Translations under genes and position numbers: made by a program
Part shown: positions 47,302 through 47,930 of the stretch, piece after piece
Layout of the letters: every line of letters begins with the position of its first letter
Position numbering within the stretch: the stretch's first letter is position 1
Notes under the pieces: generated by a model
What the model was told of the DNA's origin: nothing
The model's database searches: none
Seen by the model: the letters and a program-made list of their open reading frames with translations, nothing else
From: Octopus bimaculoides
Lineage: Eukaryota
NCBI RefSeq assembly: GCF_001194135.2
Contig: NC_068983.1
Location: 151,849,466 to 151,897,395 of the forward strand
Length of the DNA stretch: 47,930 nt
Direction: 5' to 3'

Positions 47302-47930
47302 TACACATTCGTGTGTGTGTGTGTTTATACATATATATATTTATATATATATATGTGTATGTGTATGTATGTGTGTTTTTTGTATGTATGTATGTATGAT
47401 GTAAGTATGCGTGCATGTATATATGTATTTATATTGTAACTGACCTCTATAGAGAGAGGTCAATAGAGGTCAGTTCAAAAGTGTATGAAAGTGTATTATA
47501 TATTAAAAAAAAAAACTAATAGAATGGTACAATAAGTAGGAAGTTAAGTGAATTCAAAAGTTTAGATTCGAAAAGCAGAAATCTAGTCTTTGCATTGTGA
47601 GTTGATCTTCTCATTATTTGCTAATATAGATATAATATACCTAACATGAATACCAAGAGGAAACTGCCTGATAAAAATAGAGAACTATTAGAAAGTAACC
47701 ACGGTGGGTCTAGAAGCTAATTAGAAGAGTTGCGTAGATATAGTGATTAGCATAAGTAAACATTTAAAACCGAAAGCGCAATTCTCATCTCTCGCTCTCT
47801 TTCTTTCTTCTTTTTCTCTCTCGTGTCTCTTATTCAAAGAGTTTCTCTCTCTCATTGTCTATGTCTATATGTATGCAAGCGTGCGTGCGTACATACATAT
47901 GTCCGTGTATATATATATATATATATATAT

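Noticed and set aside
127-47930. Most ORFs in the supplied track (CV/YI/HT/RE repeats, X-runs)
   Set aside because: They are translations of microsatellites and N gaps, or antisense shadows of SINEs and transposon relics.

Overview
Eukaryotic, AT-rich, repeat-dense window. About 5 kb is assembly gap (~20 N-runs, mostly flanked by microsatellites). The SINE, microsatellite and gap profile suggests a cephalopod, probably an Octopus scaffold (inference; no database check). Almost all of the supplied ORF track is spurious (microsatellite and N translation, or antisense shadows). Supported content: many copies of at least four tRNA-derived SINE families (three copies with clear TSDs), five decayed Tc1/mariner transposase fragments (one DD37D), a mariner-type fold-back MITE, a Helentron-type non-autonomous element, two R4/Dong-like LINE relics, an RTE-clade LINE, a small L2/CR1-like RT fragment and a probable Penelope relic. 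One plausible host terminal exon lies on the minus strand (12422-12609; GPI-like tail, weak ephrin resemblance). The most interesting signal is about nine minimal hammerhead-ribozyme (HHR) motifs of the Penelope/retrozyme type. They include (i) a SINE-like element joining a tRNA-derived Pol III head, an (AAT)n linker and an HHR, with Penelope-style inverted ends (2 copies); (ii) a tandem retrozyme-like array with two HHRs 242 nt apart, one carrying a compensatory U3-A8 core; and (iii) a family with a U6 core variant. A 37-bp minisatellite also appears to have arisen from a LINE coding segment. All motif, fold and homology calls were made by eye, and coordinates of decayed elements are approximate.
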